DNA from: Polyangiaceae bacterium
GTDB lineage: Bacteria > Myxococcota_A > Polyangia > Polyangiales > Polyangiaceae
Direction: 5' to 3'
DNA length: 51,891 nt
Assembly: GCA_035414525.1 (NCBI GenBank)
Contig: DAONZA010000008.1
Coordinates: 1 to 51,891, forward strand
The notes beneath the pieces were generated by a model, which saw only the letters and a list, made by a program, of their open reading frames with translations, did not search any database and was not told where the DNA came from. A program made the position numbers and the translations under genes. Positions 26,438 to 35,547 of this stretch are shown one piece after another (within the stretch, counting starts at the first letter, position 1; each line of letters begins with the position of its first letter).

Positions 26438-29400
26438 CGTTCCCCAACACCTCTTCGTCCACTTCTTCCGGAACCGAGCATGCCATGACCATGGCCGAAC
26501 CGACCGCTGTGAAGCTGCCCCCGGTGGACCCGCTGGACATGCGCCCATTTCATCCGGACCCGGCGGTGAGCGATGCGGCGCGCCACAGTCCGCAACAATT
26601 GATCGTGCGTGGGCTGCTCGGTCTCATGGCCAAGCTCTACACCTGGCACCCCAGGTTGCGTGACGAATTGCGTATCAAGGACGGTTGGATCGATCTTGTG
26701 GTCGGCATTCGCACCCGCTCTGGCTCCGTGCGCACCGGAATCCGGTTTCGAGATGGCAAAGCAAAGGCGATGGGCCGCATTCCCGAGGCCGTCGATGTCG
26801 TGCTGGTATTCAAATCCGACGCTGAAGTTACGAAATTCCTCACGGCCACGCCAACCGAGCAGGTCCTCATGACGTTGCGCAACGACTTTTACGTCGATGG
26901 CAATACATCATCGCTAAACCTGTTCGTATATCTGATTTCCCGACTCCTTTTCCGCCAGCAAATCAAGAATCTGGCGAAAGATCTTCGTAACGATAACGCT
27001 GATCGTCGCACACAAGCCGGTGCCACGAATCCTGATCTGGCCCGGCAGATGCGCGAGCGTGCGGACTACCGCATTGCGACTTCGCAAGTCGATCCGGGTG
27101 TGAAATATCTCGAGGACCCCTACTTGCGTGATTTCAGTTTGAAGGATTTCCCGCGGCTAGCTAAGTTTTTGAACCGGCACCTCGACCATGACGCCGAGGT
27201 ATGCCCAGAATTGCCGAAACTATTGACCGAATGGCATCGAAAACACGGTTTCGAGCGAGATTCGAAGGGCAAGCCCTGGCACCCGGTGCTGCGCAAAGCC
27301 CTGGCCTATCAATATGTGATGGAGAATCGTCGGCCGATCATCCATGCCAACGACCTCATTGCCGGCACGACAACTACCAAGGAAACCGGTGTGGTTGTCT
27401 ATCCGGAGGGGCATGGGACGATGATCTGGGGCGAGCTGCTGACGGTGCCGCATCGACCTCTGAATCCTTACGGTGTCTCGGAGGAGACCCGAGAATTGCT
27501 GCATAAGGATGTATTCCCCTATTGGAGCCGTCGCAACTTCAAGGAATGGGTGCGAGACCACTACCGTTCGCCTTTGGGCCAGCGTATCGACGACCGATTT
27601 GCGGTCTATTTCGACTGGAAAACCGCAACCATCTCACACACGATCCCGGATTTCCCCAAGATGTTGCGGCTGGGAACGTCCGGCATCATCGCCGAGATCG
27701 AGGAAGCGATGGCTGCCGACTCGGATGAGGAGCGTAATACCACCCGGCGGGCATTCATTCTCGCGCTGGAGGGGTTGGGCACCTATTCTCGGCATTTGGC
27801 GGCGCAAGCGGCGTATGAGGCGGAGCGGGAAAGCGACCCCAGTCGGGCGGCTGAGTTGCGCCGACTGGCCGAGATCTGTAGCCAGGTGGTCGTGGGGCCA
27901 GCCCGCACGCTCGATGAGGCGGTGAATTCGGTGTGGATCACGTGGGTGGGGCTGCATATGGAAAGCACCAATGCCGGGCTGTCGATGGGCCGGTTGGACC
28001 AGTGGCTGCAGCCATATTTCGAGGCCGATATGGGCAAGTTGGAGACTTTGGAGCAGCGGCGGGCCTACACCAAACGTGCGATTGAACTGGTGGGTGACTT
28101 GATGCTGCGCTGCACGGACCACTTGCCGCTGACTCCCGACGTGGCCAACTACTACTTTGGTGGCAGTTCCTCGGATCAAGCGATCACGCTGGGCGGGGTG
28201 ACCCCCGAAGGCGAAGACGCGGTCTGCGATATGACGTATATATTCTTGAAAGTCACTGAAATCCTTAGTCTTCGCGACCCAAATGTGAACGCTAGATTCC
28301 ATCTGGGCAAAAACAGCCAAGCGTACCTGAAGCGTCTTTGCGAGGTCAATCTGATCACGGCGGCGACTCCGTCGTTGCATAACGACGAGGTCGTGGGGAA
28401 GGCCTTGAGCCGCTATGGCTATGAGGTACGTGACGTGCGTGATTGGGCGGCGACCGGGTGTGTGGAGCCGACGCTGTCGGGAAAGCATATCGGCCATACC
28501 AATTTCCAGATGCTCAGTCTGGTGGCGGCGCTGGAGATGGCGTTGAACGACGGCTGGCATCCGCTGATGGATTGGAAGGTGGGACCATCTACCGGTTCGA
28601 TCGAGGCTGGCGATTTTGCGAATTTCGACCAGTTTTTCGAGGCTTACCGGCAGCAGGTGGCTTTTCTGGTCGACCGATCGATCGAGTACAACGAGATGTT
28701 GGGTAAGGCGCATCAGCAGCTTCGTCCGACGCCACTGCTGTCCAGCCTGATCGAGGGCACCATTGCATCGGGAAAGGATGTTACGTATGGGGGAGCCAGG
28801 TACAACAGTTCTGGGGCTGCGTGCATCGGGCTGGTTGACGTCATCGATTCGATGTTGGTGATCCAGAAGCTCGTATTCGAGCAACGAGTTGTGTCATTCG
28901 CTGACCTCAAGCGGGCAGTGGACACGAATTTCGCCAACGATCCGCTGTTATTGGCGCAGGTATCCCACAAAGTAGCGCTTTTTGGCTCGGGCAACGAAGA
29001 CGCCGTGGCGATGGGCAACCGCATTACCAAGATGGTGCAGTCGCTGTATGATCGGTATACCAACTACCGGGGAGGCCGTTATGCGGCTGGGTTCTGGTCG
29101 ATGTCTACGCATGTATCTTACGGCACGCTGGCTGGAGCTTTGCCGTCGGGGCGGTTGGCGGGCAAGCCATTTACGCCAGGTCTGACTCCCACACCGGGGG
29201 CATCGCCGAACCTATTGGACAATATCCGTGATGTGGCCAGGTTGGATCCGGCCAATATGCCGAACAATATTGCCTTCAATGTGAAGGTGGTGCCATCGGC
29301 CCATGAGTCGCGGGAGCGGACGGTCGACACGATGGCCGCGTACGTGAAGTCCTATTTTTCGCTGGGGGGCATGCAAATGCAGCTCAACGCAGTCACGTCC

Positions 29401-29541
29401 GATACCCTTCGCGACGCGATGGTTCATCCGGAGAACTATCGCAATTTGCTCGTGTGGATTTCCGGGTATAATGCCTATTTCGTCACGCTGAACAAGCAGA
29501 TGCAGCTCGAGCTGATCGAGCGCGCTGAGTACGGTATCTAG
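26434..29541 (+). CDS. Glycyl radical enzyme, eliminase-like (Cys-x-Glu active-site loop). It is unusually long (1035 aa), with an N-terminal extension of about 240 aa that contains an SCP2-like domain
   Basis: The catalytic thiyl loop is WAATGCVEPTLSG, with the Cys codon at 28459-61. The C-terminal glycyl-radical motif reads LLVWISGYNAYFVTLNKQMQLELIERAEY, with the Gly codon at 29464-66. This aligns with the canonical RVxGYSAxFxxL motif but has W in place of R. The N-terminal residues of about 50-170 (WIDLVVGIRTRSGSVRTGIRF...AVDVVLVFKSDAEVTKFLTATPTEQVLMTLRNDFYVDGNTSSLNLFVYLISRL) resemble an SCP2 sterol-carrier fold. Confidence 0.9.
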   Translation: MTFPNTSSSTSSGTEHAMTMAEPTAVKLPPVDPLDMRPFHPDPAVSDAARHSPQQLIVRGLLGLMAKLYTWHPRLRDELRIKDGWIDLVVGIRTRSGSVRTGIRFRDGKAKAMGRIPEAVDVVLVFKSDAEVTKFLTATPTEQVLMTLRNDFYVDGNTSSLNLFVYLISRLLFRQQIKNLAKDLRNDNADRRTQAGATNPDLARQMRERADYRIATSQVDPGVKYLEDPYLRDFSLKDFPRLAKFLNRHLDHDAEVCPELPKLLTEWHRKHGFERDSKGKPWHPVLRKALAYQYVMENRRPIIHANDLIAGTTTTKETGVVVYPEGHGTMIWGELLTVPHRPLNPYGVSEETRELLHKDVFPYWSRRNFKEWVRDHYRSPLGQRIDDRFAVYFDWKTATISHTIPDFPKMLRLGTSGIIAEIEEAMAADSDEERNTTRRAFILALEGLGTYSRHLAAQAAYEAERESDPSRAAELRRLAEICSQVVVGPARTLDEAVNSVWITWVGLHMESTNAGLSMGRLDQWLQPYFEADMGKLETLEQRRAYTKRAIELVGDLMLRCTDHLPLTPDVANYYFGGSSSDQAITLGGVTPEGEDAVCDMTYIFLKVTEILSLRDPNVNARFHLGKNSQAYLKRLCEVNLITAATPSLHNDEVVGKALSRYGYEVRDVRDWAATGCVEPTLSGKHIGHTNFQMLSLVAALEMALNDGWHPLMDWKVGPSTGSIEAGDFANFDQFFEAYRQQVAFLVDRSIEYNEMLGKAHQQLRPTPLLSSLIEGTIASGKDVTYGGARYNSSGAACIGLVDVIDSMLVIQKLVFEQRVVSFADLKRAVDTNFANDPLLLAQVSHKVALFGSGNEDAVAMGNRITKMVQSLYDRYTNYRGGRYAAGFWSMSTHVSYGTLAGALPSGRLAGKPFTPGLTPTPGASPNLLDNIRDVARLDPANMPNNIAFNVKVVPSAHESRERTVDTMAAYVKSYFSLGGMQMQLNAVTSDTLRDAMVHPENYRNLLVWISGYNAYFVTLNKQMQLELIERAEYGI

Positions 29542-29898
29542 GCCAACGCGGGTAAGTTCCAGCGATCTTTCCTGCTATGGTCCTGTGATAATGGCACCGC
29601 GGGTGGACGTTTTTCGACAGGGAGGTCTGCGAAGCAGTCCCGATAAGGACATTGGAATGAGCGAGATACGACAGATTTGTCACATCCCGGCTGCTCGTGC
29701 GCGGGGGAGACGAGCTTTCATGGATCGTAGTCTATGCGATAGTGCGGTGGATATTGGGGGGAGCCTTGAGGAGGATGTTGAAAAACGAGCGGCTTGCCTT
29801 GGAAATCATGGGATGAATCTTCGCGCTTTGGAGCTTGGCAGCGGTCTTGCTGTCGAGGGGGTGGCCATCTCGCGACGCTTCCGTTCGCGGCCCGGGCA

Positions 29899-31392
29899 TT
29901 ACGGCGCCAGATCCATCTCGCCGACGTAGCTATGCACCGATCCGTTCGACTCATCGAGTCCGGAGAAAAACACCACCCATCGATTTGGTTCGTACGTAAG
30001 TGGCGAGGTGTAGGGCTTAACCGGCGTATATCCCACGTAGCGAATATCACCGTTGGATGGCAATCCCGTGATGGGAACCGAATGCCATGTCCAGCTATCG
30101 CCCCGGTCCATGCTCACGCCAAGGGATATAGTCGCGCCGGGGCCGGCGTCGAGCAGGTATAGCGCTCCATGGCTAGCGAATTTGAGCTTGGCGTAGTTGC
30201 TTACGCATCCCACTGGCACGATCGTGGGCGGCTGCGCGAGCTCGCTGTCGAAGCGAAGGAGTTCCGTGCATTGTTTTTCACTTTTCGGTAAATAGGAGAG
30301 CGCGTACAACGTGCCCTGCGCGTCGTGTTCGAGGTCCGAGGGATAGGCGCTGACTATGCCTGGAACGGGTTGCGCTGGCGCACGACGGAATAATTGGCTC
30401 AGCGACGACGTATTTCCAACGTAGGCGGTGGAAGCGAGGTAGCTTGCGTTATTGCCCCCCGCGGGGTCGAACTCCCCGGCGTAAAGGATGAGTTGTGAAG
30501 AACCGAGGGACGGGTGTCCGGTCAAGATTGGATAAAGCAGGTATGCGGGGGCGGCTGTCAACGTGCCGATGGTGCCGTATTGCGCACCGCTGTACCACCA
30601 CTGTACCACACGTCCCCAGGCAGAGTCGGCCAGTGCCCATACTGTCACCCCGTCGGTGGTGGTTGCGATTCCCTGGTAGCCGTTGGACTCCGCGGTCCAT
30701 TCGTCATGGTTGCTGTAGGTATCGAAACGGAGCGCGCCGCTGCCATCCCGCGTGGAGAAGATCAGGTGGTAGAATCGCGAGTTTCTTCCCGTCGTCCCCG
30801 CTCCTCCTGGAAAACAGAGCACATCTTGCGTGGCGGGGCGCATACAATCGAAGATGAGGTGCAGCCGCTGCGATATGTCCATCACGATCCCAGGGGACTG
30901 ATGCGGATAAGCGATACGCGCAACTTCCACCCAAGCATGGAGGGCGCTTCCGGCCTCGCGTCTCATGATTGCCGCATAACGATCCGCTACGGAGGGGGGA
31001 TAATGGGTATGGACCGCATACCAGAATGCGCCGTCGCCCACGATTTTCGGCAGGTGGGCATTCCATGTGGCAGGTGTCGTCTGGGGGGAAGGTCCGGTGT
31101 GGATCAGCCCCACCCGCAATTCGGCCGGGATGAACGGCTCGATGGCGCTTTCCTCCCCGGCATCCTTAGACGAGTCGATCGATGAATCCCCGCCGATTTC
31201 ATCGGAAGCATCGACTGGGGTGGGCTCTTCGGGCGAACCATCCCATGGAATATAGGAATCAGAAACATCATCCGGGTCGATGCTGGCGTCGAGCACAGGA
31301 TTGGTCGCTCCGGCGGAAACGTGGCTCTCGCGGTCCGCGGCGCAAGCGGGTGGGACAATGACGAGCGCCGCGAGGCAAAGCGCGCGTTTCAT
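29899..31392 (-). CDS. Secreted protein with a BNR/Asp-box, probably a beta-propeller (sialidase/glycosidase-like fold); function unknown
   Basis: Signal peptide MKRALCLAALVIVPPACAA. The Asp-box is SMDRGDSWTWH (S-x-D-x-G-x-[ST]-W). An acidic low-complexity N-terminal region follows the signal. Confidence 0.55.
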   Translation of the reverse strand: MKRALCLAALVIVPPACAADRESHVSAGATNPVLDASIDPDDVSDSYIPWDGSPEEPTPVDASDEIGGDSSIDSSKDAGEESAIEPFIPAELRVGLIHTGPSPQTTPATWNAHLPKIVGDGAFWYAVHTHYPPSVADRYAAIMRREAGSALHAWVEVARIAYPHQSPGIVMDISQRLHLIFDCMRPATQDVLCFPGGAGTTGRNSRFYHLIFSTRDGSGALRFDTYSNHDEWTAESNGYQGIATTTDGVTVWALADSAWGRVVQWWYSGAQYGTIGTLTAAPAYLLYPILTGHPSLGSSQLILYAGEFDPAGGNNASYLASTAYVGNTSSLSQLFRRAPAQPVPGIVSAYPSDLEHDAQGTLYALSYLPKSEKQCTELLRFDSELAQPPTIVPVGCVSNYAKLKFASHGALYLLDAGPGATISLGVSMDRGDSWTWHSVPITGLPSNGDIRYVGYTPVKPYTSPLTYEPNRWVVFFSGLDESNGSVHSYVGEMDLAP

Positions 31393-32008
31393 TCTCCAAG
31401 GATACAGTGATGCGGTGATGGGAGCAAGGTCGAGTTGTGCGGGAGTGGAGAGTTCCGGCGACTATCTGGTTGCAAGACAACCCGATGACGCGGTTTCAAA
31501 GCGAATGAGCGGGACAGGCTTTCGTTTCCGCAAGGTTGAACGCATCGGCATGGGTGATTAATGTGTAAGCAATGGAAATAATTGATGAATATGAATCTGT
31601 GCTCGTCCATGGCTCGGGAGTCTTGTGGCGTGGGAGTATCCGGCTATCGACGCCGCTGCGGGGAAAAACCTCGGCATCGCCGACAGAGTCGTGATGGCGC
31701 AACACGAGCCCGCCCTGGTCGAGATCCAACCTGTCGAAAAGGCTCAACAAGGAAGTATGTCAATGCGGTGAACTCGTTATGATGCAGTATCGACGTGGTG
31801 GGCGCTTGGGGCTGCAGCGGTCGTTTTGGGTGTAGTCAACCACCATGGGAACGCGTCAAGGGGGTGTTGCGTTGGCAGGGCACATGCTCGAAAAAGCATG
31901 GAAGTCCCGGCGGGATCGGCCAAGATGACGGGTGGAGACTTTTTCCGTTGGCGTCTTCGAAGGTTCTCCGGTAGACCAGGGAAAACCCTTGGAAAATGAG
32001 GCAAATCC

Positions 32009-33583
32009 ATGTCCACTTCTCTGGATCGCAGGGACTTATTGCAAGTCATGGGCTACGGTGCGGCTACCGTATCGCTGCCTTTCGTGGCGGGTTGTGGTCG
32101 CACGGAAATCCAGCGTTTGACTTCCAAGTCACCGAGTTTGCAGGAACCGGGCAAGGATTCGGGAGCGGTGAGCGTGAGTCATTTTGATGCTTTCGGTGTC
32201 GATGAGGGATTGATACGCAAGGTATTATCCCGGGCGTTGTCGCGGGGGGCTTCTTTTTCGGAAATATTTTTGCAGCACAGGGTATCGCATTGGGTGGGTA
32301 TGGAAGATGGCGAGGTCAATAGGGCCTATTCCGAGGTGGGTCTTGGCGCGGGCATTCGCGTGATTCAAGGGGATACGACCGGATTTTCATTTACGGAGGA
32401 CCTGACGCCCGGGGCCTTGCTCGAAGCCGCGGACATGGCTTCCGCGGTGGCCGATGGCCCTTCCAGCCCGCGTTCGATAACCCTCACGCCTCGTATCGTC
32501 GTGTCTCGCTACACCGTGGAAACGCCGTGGACCGAAGTCGGCATCGACCGCAAGCTTCCGATCGTTCAGCGGGCGGAAAAAGCGGCGCGAAATCATGATA
32601 CGCGAATCATCAAGGTGACGGTGGCTCTTCAAGATGAGACCTCCCACATCCTGATCGCCAATTCCGAGGGGCTGCTGGTCGCCGACGAGCGGCCCATGGG
32701 CGTCCTTTCCGTGTCCTGTGTAGGAGAAAACAAGGGAAAAACTGAGACGGGGTACTGGACCTTCGCCCAGCGCGATGGGATTCGTTTTCTCACGCCAGCT
32801 CATATCGACGACACGGGAACCACGGCAGCGCGCAATACGGTGTTGCTTTTTGAAGCCGTGTCTCCGCCGGTGGGAGACATGCCGGTCGTCCTTGGGCCAG
32901 GAAATCCAGGACTGCTCTTGCACGAGGCCATTGGGCACGGGATGGAAGCGGATTTCAATCGCAAGGGGATTTCGATTTATGCGAACCGGATTGGAAAAAG
33001 AATCGCTCCGGAGGGTGTGACCATCGTGGATGGGGGCACTGGACGACAGCGTGGTTCGCTCAACATCGACGATGAAGGGCATCCCACCGAGGAGACGGTA
33101 TTGGTGGAAAACGGCGTATTACGCACCTATTTGCACGACCGTATTTCAGCGCAGCACTTCAAGGCGCCCCGTACAGGCTCGGGACGTCGTGAATCCTATT
33201 GTTATCCACCGGTGCCGCGAATGCGCAACACTTATATGCTTGCGGGGAAAGAAAGCCCGGAGGAGATCATCGCTTCCGTCAAAAAGGGGATTTACGCCGA
33301 GATCTTCACCAACGGACAGGTGATGATTGGTGCCGGGGATTTTACCTTCTATTTGAAACACGGAAGGCTCATCGAAGATGGGAAACTGACCCATGTGATC
33401 AAGGATGCGAACCTCATCGGCAATGGCCCAAACGTTCTCGAGAAGGTGGCGATGATCGGCAACGATTTGAAGCATATCACCGGGGCTGGCTATTGTGGCA
33501 AGGATGGGCAGGGCGTTCCGGTGGGTTTTGGATTACCGACCTTAAAAGTGAGTGGTATTTCCGTGGGTGGGAGGGGAGCATGA
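32009..33583 (+). CDS. tldD: TldD-family metallopeptidase carrying a twin-arginine (Tat) signal peptide with a lipobox
   Basis: The N-terminus is MSTSLDRRDLLQVMGYGAATVSLPFVAGCG. It contains the Tat motif S-L-D-R-R-D-L-L-Q and then the lipobox VAGC. The metal-binding HExxxH motif is HEAIGHGMEADF. An AAATGAGG RBS lies upstream. Confidence 0.9.
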   Translation: MSTSLDRRDLLQVMGYGAATVSLPFVAGCGRTEIQRLTSKSPSLQEPGKDSGAVSVSHFDAFGVDEGLIRKVLSRALSRGASFSEIFLQHRVSHWVGMEDGEVNRAYSEVGLGAGIRVIQGDTTGFSFTEDLTPGALLEAADMASAVADGPSSPRSITLTPRIVVSRYTVETPWTEVGIDRKLPIVQRAEKAARNHDTRIIKVTVALQDETSHILIANSEGLLVADERPMGVLSVSCVGENKGKTETGYWTFAQRDGIRFLTPAHIDDTGTTAARNTVLLFEAVSPPVGDMPVVLGPGNPGLLLHEAIGHGMEADFNRKGISIYANRIGKRIAPEGVTIVDGGTGRQRGSLNIDDEGHPTEETVLVENGVLRTYLHDRISAQHFKAPRTGSGRRESYCYPPVPRMRNTYMLAGKESPEEIIASVKKGIYAEIFTNGQVMIGAGDFTFYLKHGRLIEDGKLTHVIKDANLIGNGPNVLEKVAMIGNDLKHITGAGYCGKDGQGVPVGFGLPTLKVSGISVGGRGA

Positions 33584-34908
33584 ACGCGACGCTTATGCAA
33601 CTTGTTGAAAATGCGCTTATTTTGGCGAAACGGCAGGGCGCAGCGGCGGCGCGGGCAAGCGTATGGCGCATGCGGGAAAGTGGTGTGGAGTGGCGCGATG
33701 GGAAGCTCGACCGCTTGCGTGAGTCTGTCCACAAGGGCCTTTCCATCTCCTTATTTGTCGATGGGCGTTATTCTTCCCACACGACAAGCGATTTGCGTCC
33801 GGAAGCCATGGAGCTTTTCGTGGCCGAGTCGGTGGCGATGACCAAGGTGCTTCAGCCGGATCCCCATCGCAAGCTTCCCCCTTTGGAGCGCTGCCAAGAG
33901 AGGTTTGAGGGCGATCTTCTGCTGTTGGACAGGGACAATCTTGGTGTCATCGACGGTGCGGCGCAAAAAAAGCAGGCGATGGAGCTGGAACGAGCGATGC
34001 GGCAGGCCGAGGGCGCGGATCTCATCCTTTCGGCTACGGGAGCGATGCGTGTCTACCACACGATGAGCGCGATGAGGGATAGTCAGGGCACGAAAGGCGA
34101 GCGGGAATCTTCGGTTTTCGCTCGCTCGGCTTCCGCTACGGTTCGAGGCGAAGGGGATCGAAAACCTTCCGGGGGAGACTACGCTGCTACTCATCATTAT
34201 GCCGAACTTCCTTCGATGGACCTCATGGGCAAAGAAGCGGTGCGAAGGGCGTTGGCGGGGATTGGAGAAACCCCTTGGAAGAGTGGTAAGTATCCTTGTA
34301 TCATTGAGAACCGGGTGGCGGATCGTTTGCTCGGGGGGCTATTGGGGCCGTTGGGGGGCAACTCCTTGCAGCAAAAACGCTCGTATATGTCGGGTAAACT
34401 CGGAGAAAAGGTGGGGTCGATCCTCCTTCACATCGACGATGACCCTCTGCTGCCAAAGGGGGCGGCTTCTCGAACGTATGATTACGAAGGGATGAGCACC
34501 CGACGTCGTCCGATTTTCGAAAAAGGAGTTTTGCGAACGTATTTGTTGGATACCTATTACGCTTCCAAATTGGGGTGGGAGCCGACGGTCGGGGAGACGA
34601 GCAATCTAGTATTTCCCAAAGGAAAACAAGATCTTGCGGGATTGTTGCGCACGATGGGAAGAGGAATCCTCGTCACGGGGTTTTCCGGGGGCAATTCCAA
34701 TGCAGCGACGGGTGATTTTTCGATTGGCATCCGGGGGCATTGGGTGGAGTCCGGGCGTATCGTCAAACCCGTGGCCGAAATGAATCTTGCGGGCAACCAC
34801 CTCACGTTCTGGCAAGCCTTGGCGGAGCTTGGTTCGGATCCATACCCGTATCGTGGGGCACGGACCCCTTCGATGCGGTTCCATGAAGTGCAGTTTTCCG
34901 GGGTGTGA
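33580..34908 (+). CDS. pmbA: PmbA/TldE-family protein, the partner of TldD; it has no signal peptide
   Basis: The ATG at 33580 overlaps the tldD stop (ATGA). TldE-like sequence is seen throughout, for example GFSGGNSNAATGDFSIGIRGHWVESG. It lacks the HExxxH motif, as expected for TldE. Confidence 0.85.
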   Translation: MNATLMQLVENALILAKRQGAAAARASVWRMRESGVEWRDGKLDRLRESVHKGLSISLFVDGRYSSHTTSDLRPEAMELFVAESVAMTKVLQPDPHRKLPPLERCQERFEGDLLLLDRDNLGVIDGAAQKKQAMELERAMRQAEGADLILSATGAMRVYHTMSAMRDSQGTKGERESSVFARSASATVRGEGDRKPSGGDYAATHHYAELPSMDLMGKEAVRRALAGIGETPWKSGKYPCIIENRVADRLLGGLLGPLGGNSLQQKRSYMSGKLGEKVGSILLHIDDDPLLPKGAASRTYDYEGMSTRRRPIFEKGVLRTYLLDTYYASKLGWEPTVGETSNLVFPKGKQDLAGLLRTMGRGILVTGFSGGNSNAATGDFSIGIRGHWVESGRIVKPVAEMNLAGNHLTFWQALAELGSDPYPYRGARTPSMRFHEVQFSGV

Positions 34909-35547
34909 TTTCCCTCCGGTATCGGGAATTGGGTGGGAGAAGCTGCTTGGAGAAGCGAGAACGCTGGCGGGAGGTTGGAGAAGGCCGAGGGGGCCGTTTG
35001 TCTAACGTATTGAATTGGACTGAGAACGGGATTCCGCATCGAGGACCCAGATGGGTGATTAGGCCATTCAAGCTATCGCTGTGGCGGGGCTTGATTGTAT
35101 TACGGATCGATATTACGGGCACACTCGAGAGGCGTCTCGAACTTGTATCAGGCTTGGAGGCATGCTGTCCTTGCAGGGAGGCAGGCCTTATCAGGTTCAG
35201 GACGAGATATTTTTCGGTTGTCGTCTCCATCTTTCACGCGACGTTTTGCGGGCCCGGGGTTGCGCGACCGATTTCTACGACAGTATTGGGTTTTACGGCC
35301 ATTTGACGCATACCTCTCGGGGCAGTCACGGCCTTGCGACAGGAGAGTGGGCGCTCGGGTGCATCCGTGTACCGATGCATGACGGGCTGGTGCATGCGGA
35401 CGAAAAAGGGGGAGACTATTCGACATTTTCGCGAAGGGTTTGGTGGCATGGCACGGGCGCAGGGATTGCACCGATCACGGTGGTATTTGCCAGGAATAAT
35501 GGGTGTTGTGGTGGCCACCGTATCGACGTGCGACTAGGCTGTCGAGC

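Noticed and set aside
27634-28884. 416-aa minus-strand ORF
   Set aside because: Entirely antisense to the glycyl radical enzyme CDS, whose GRE motifs are unambiguous. Antisense shadow ORF.
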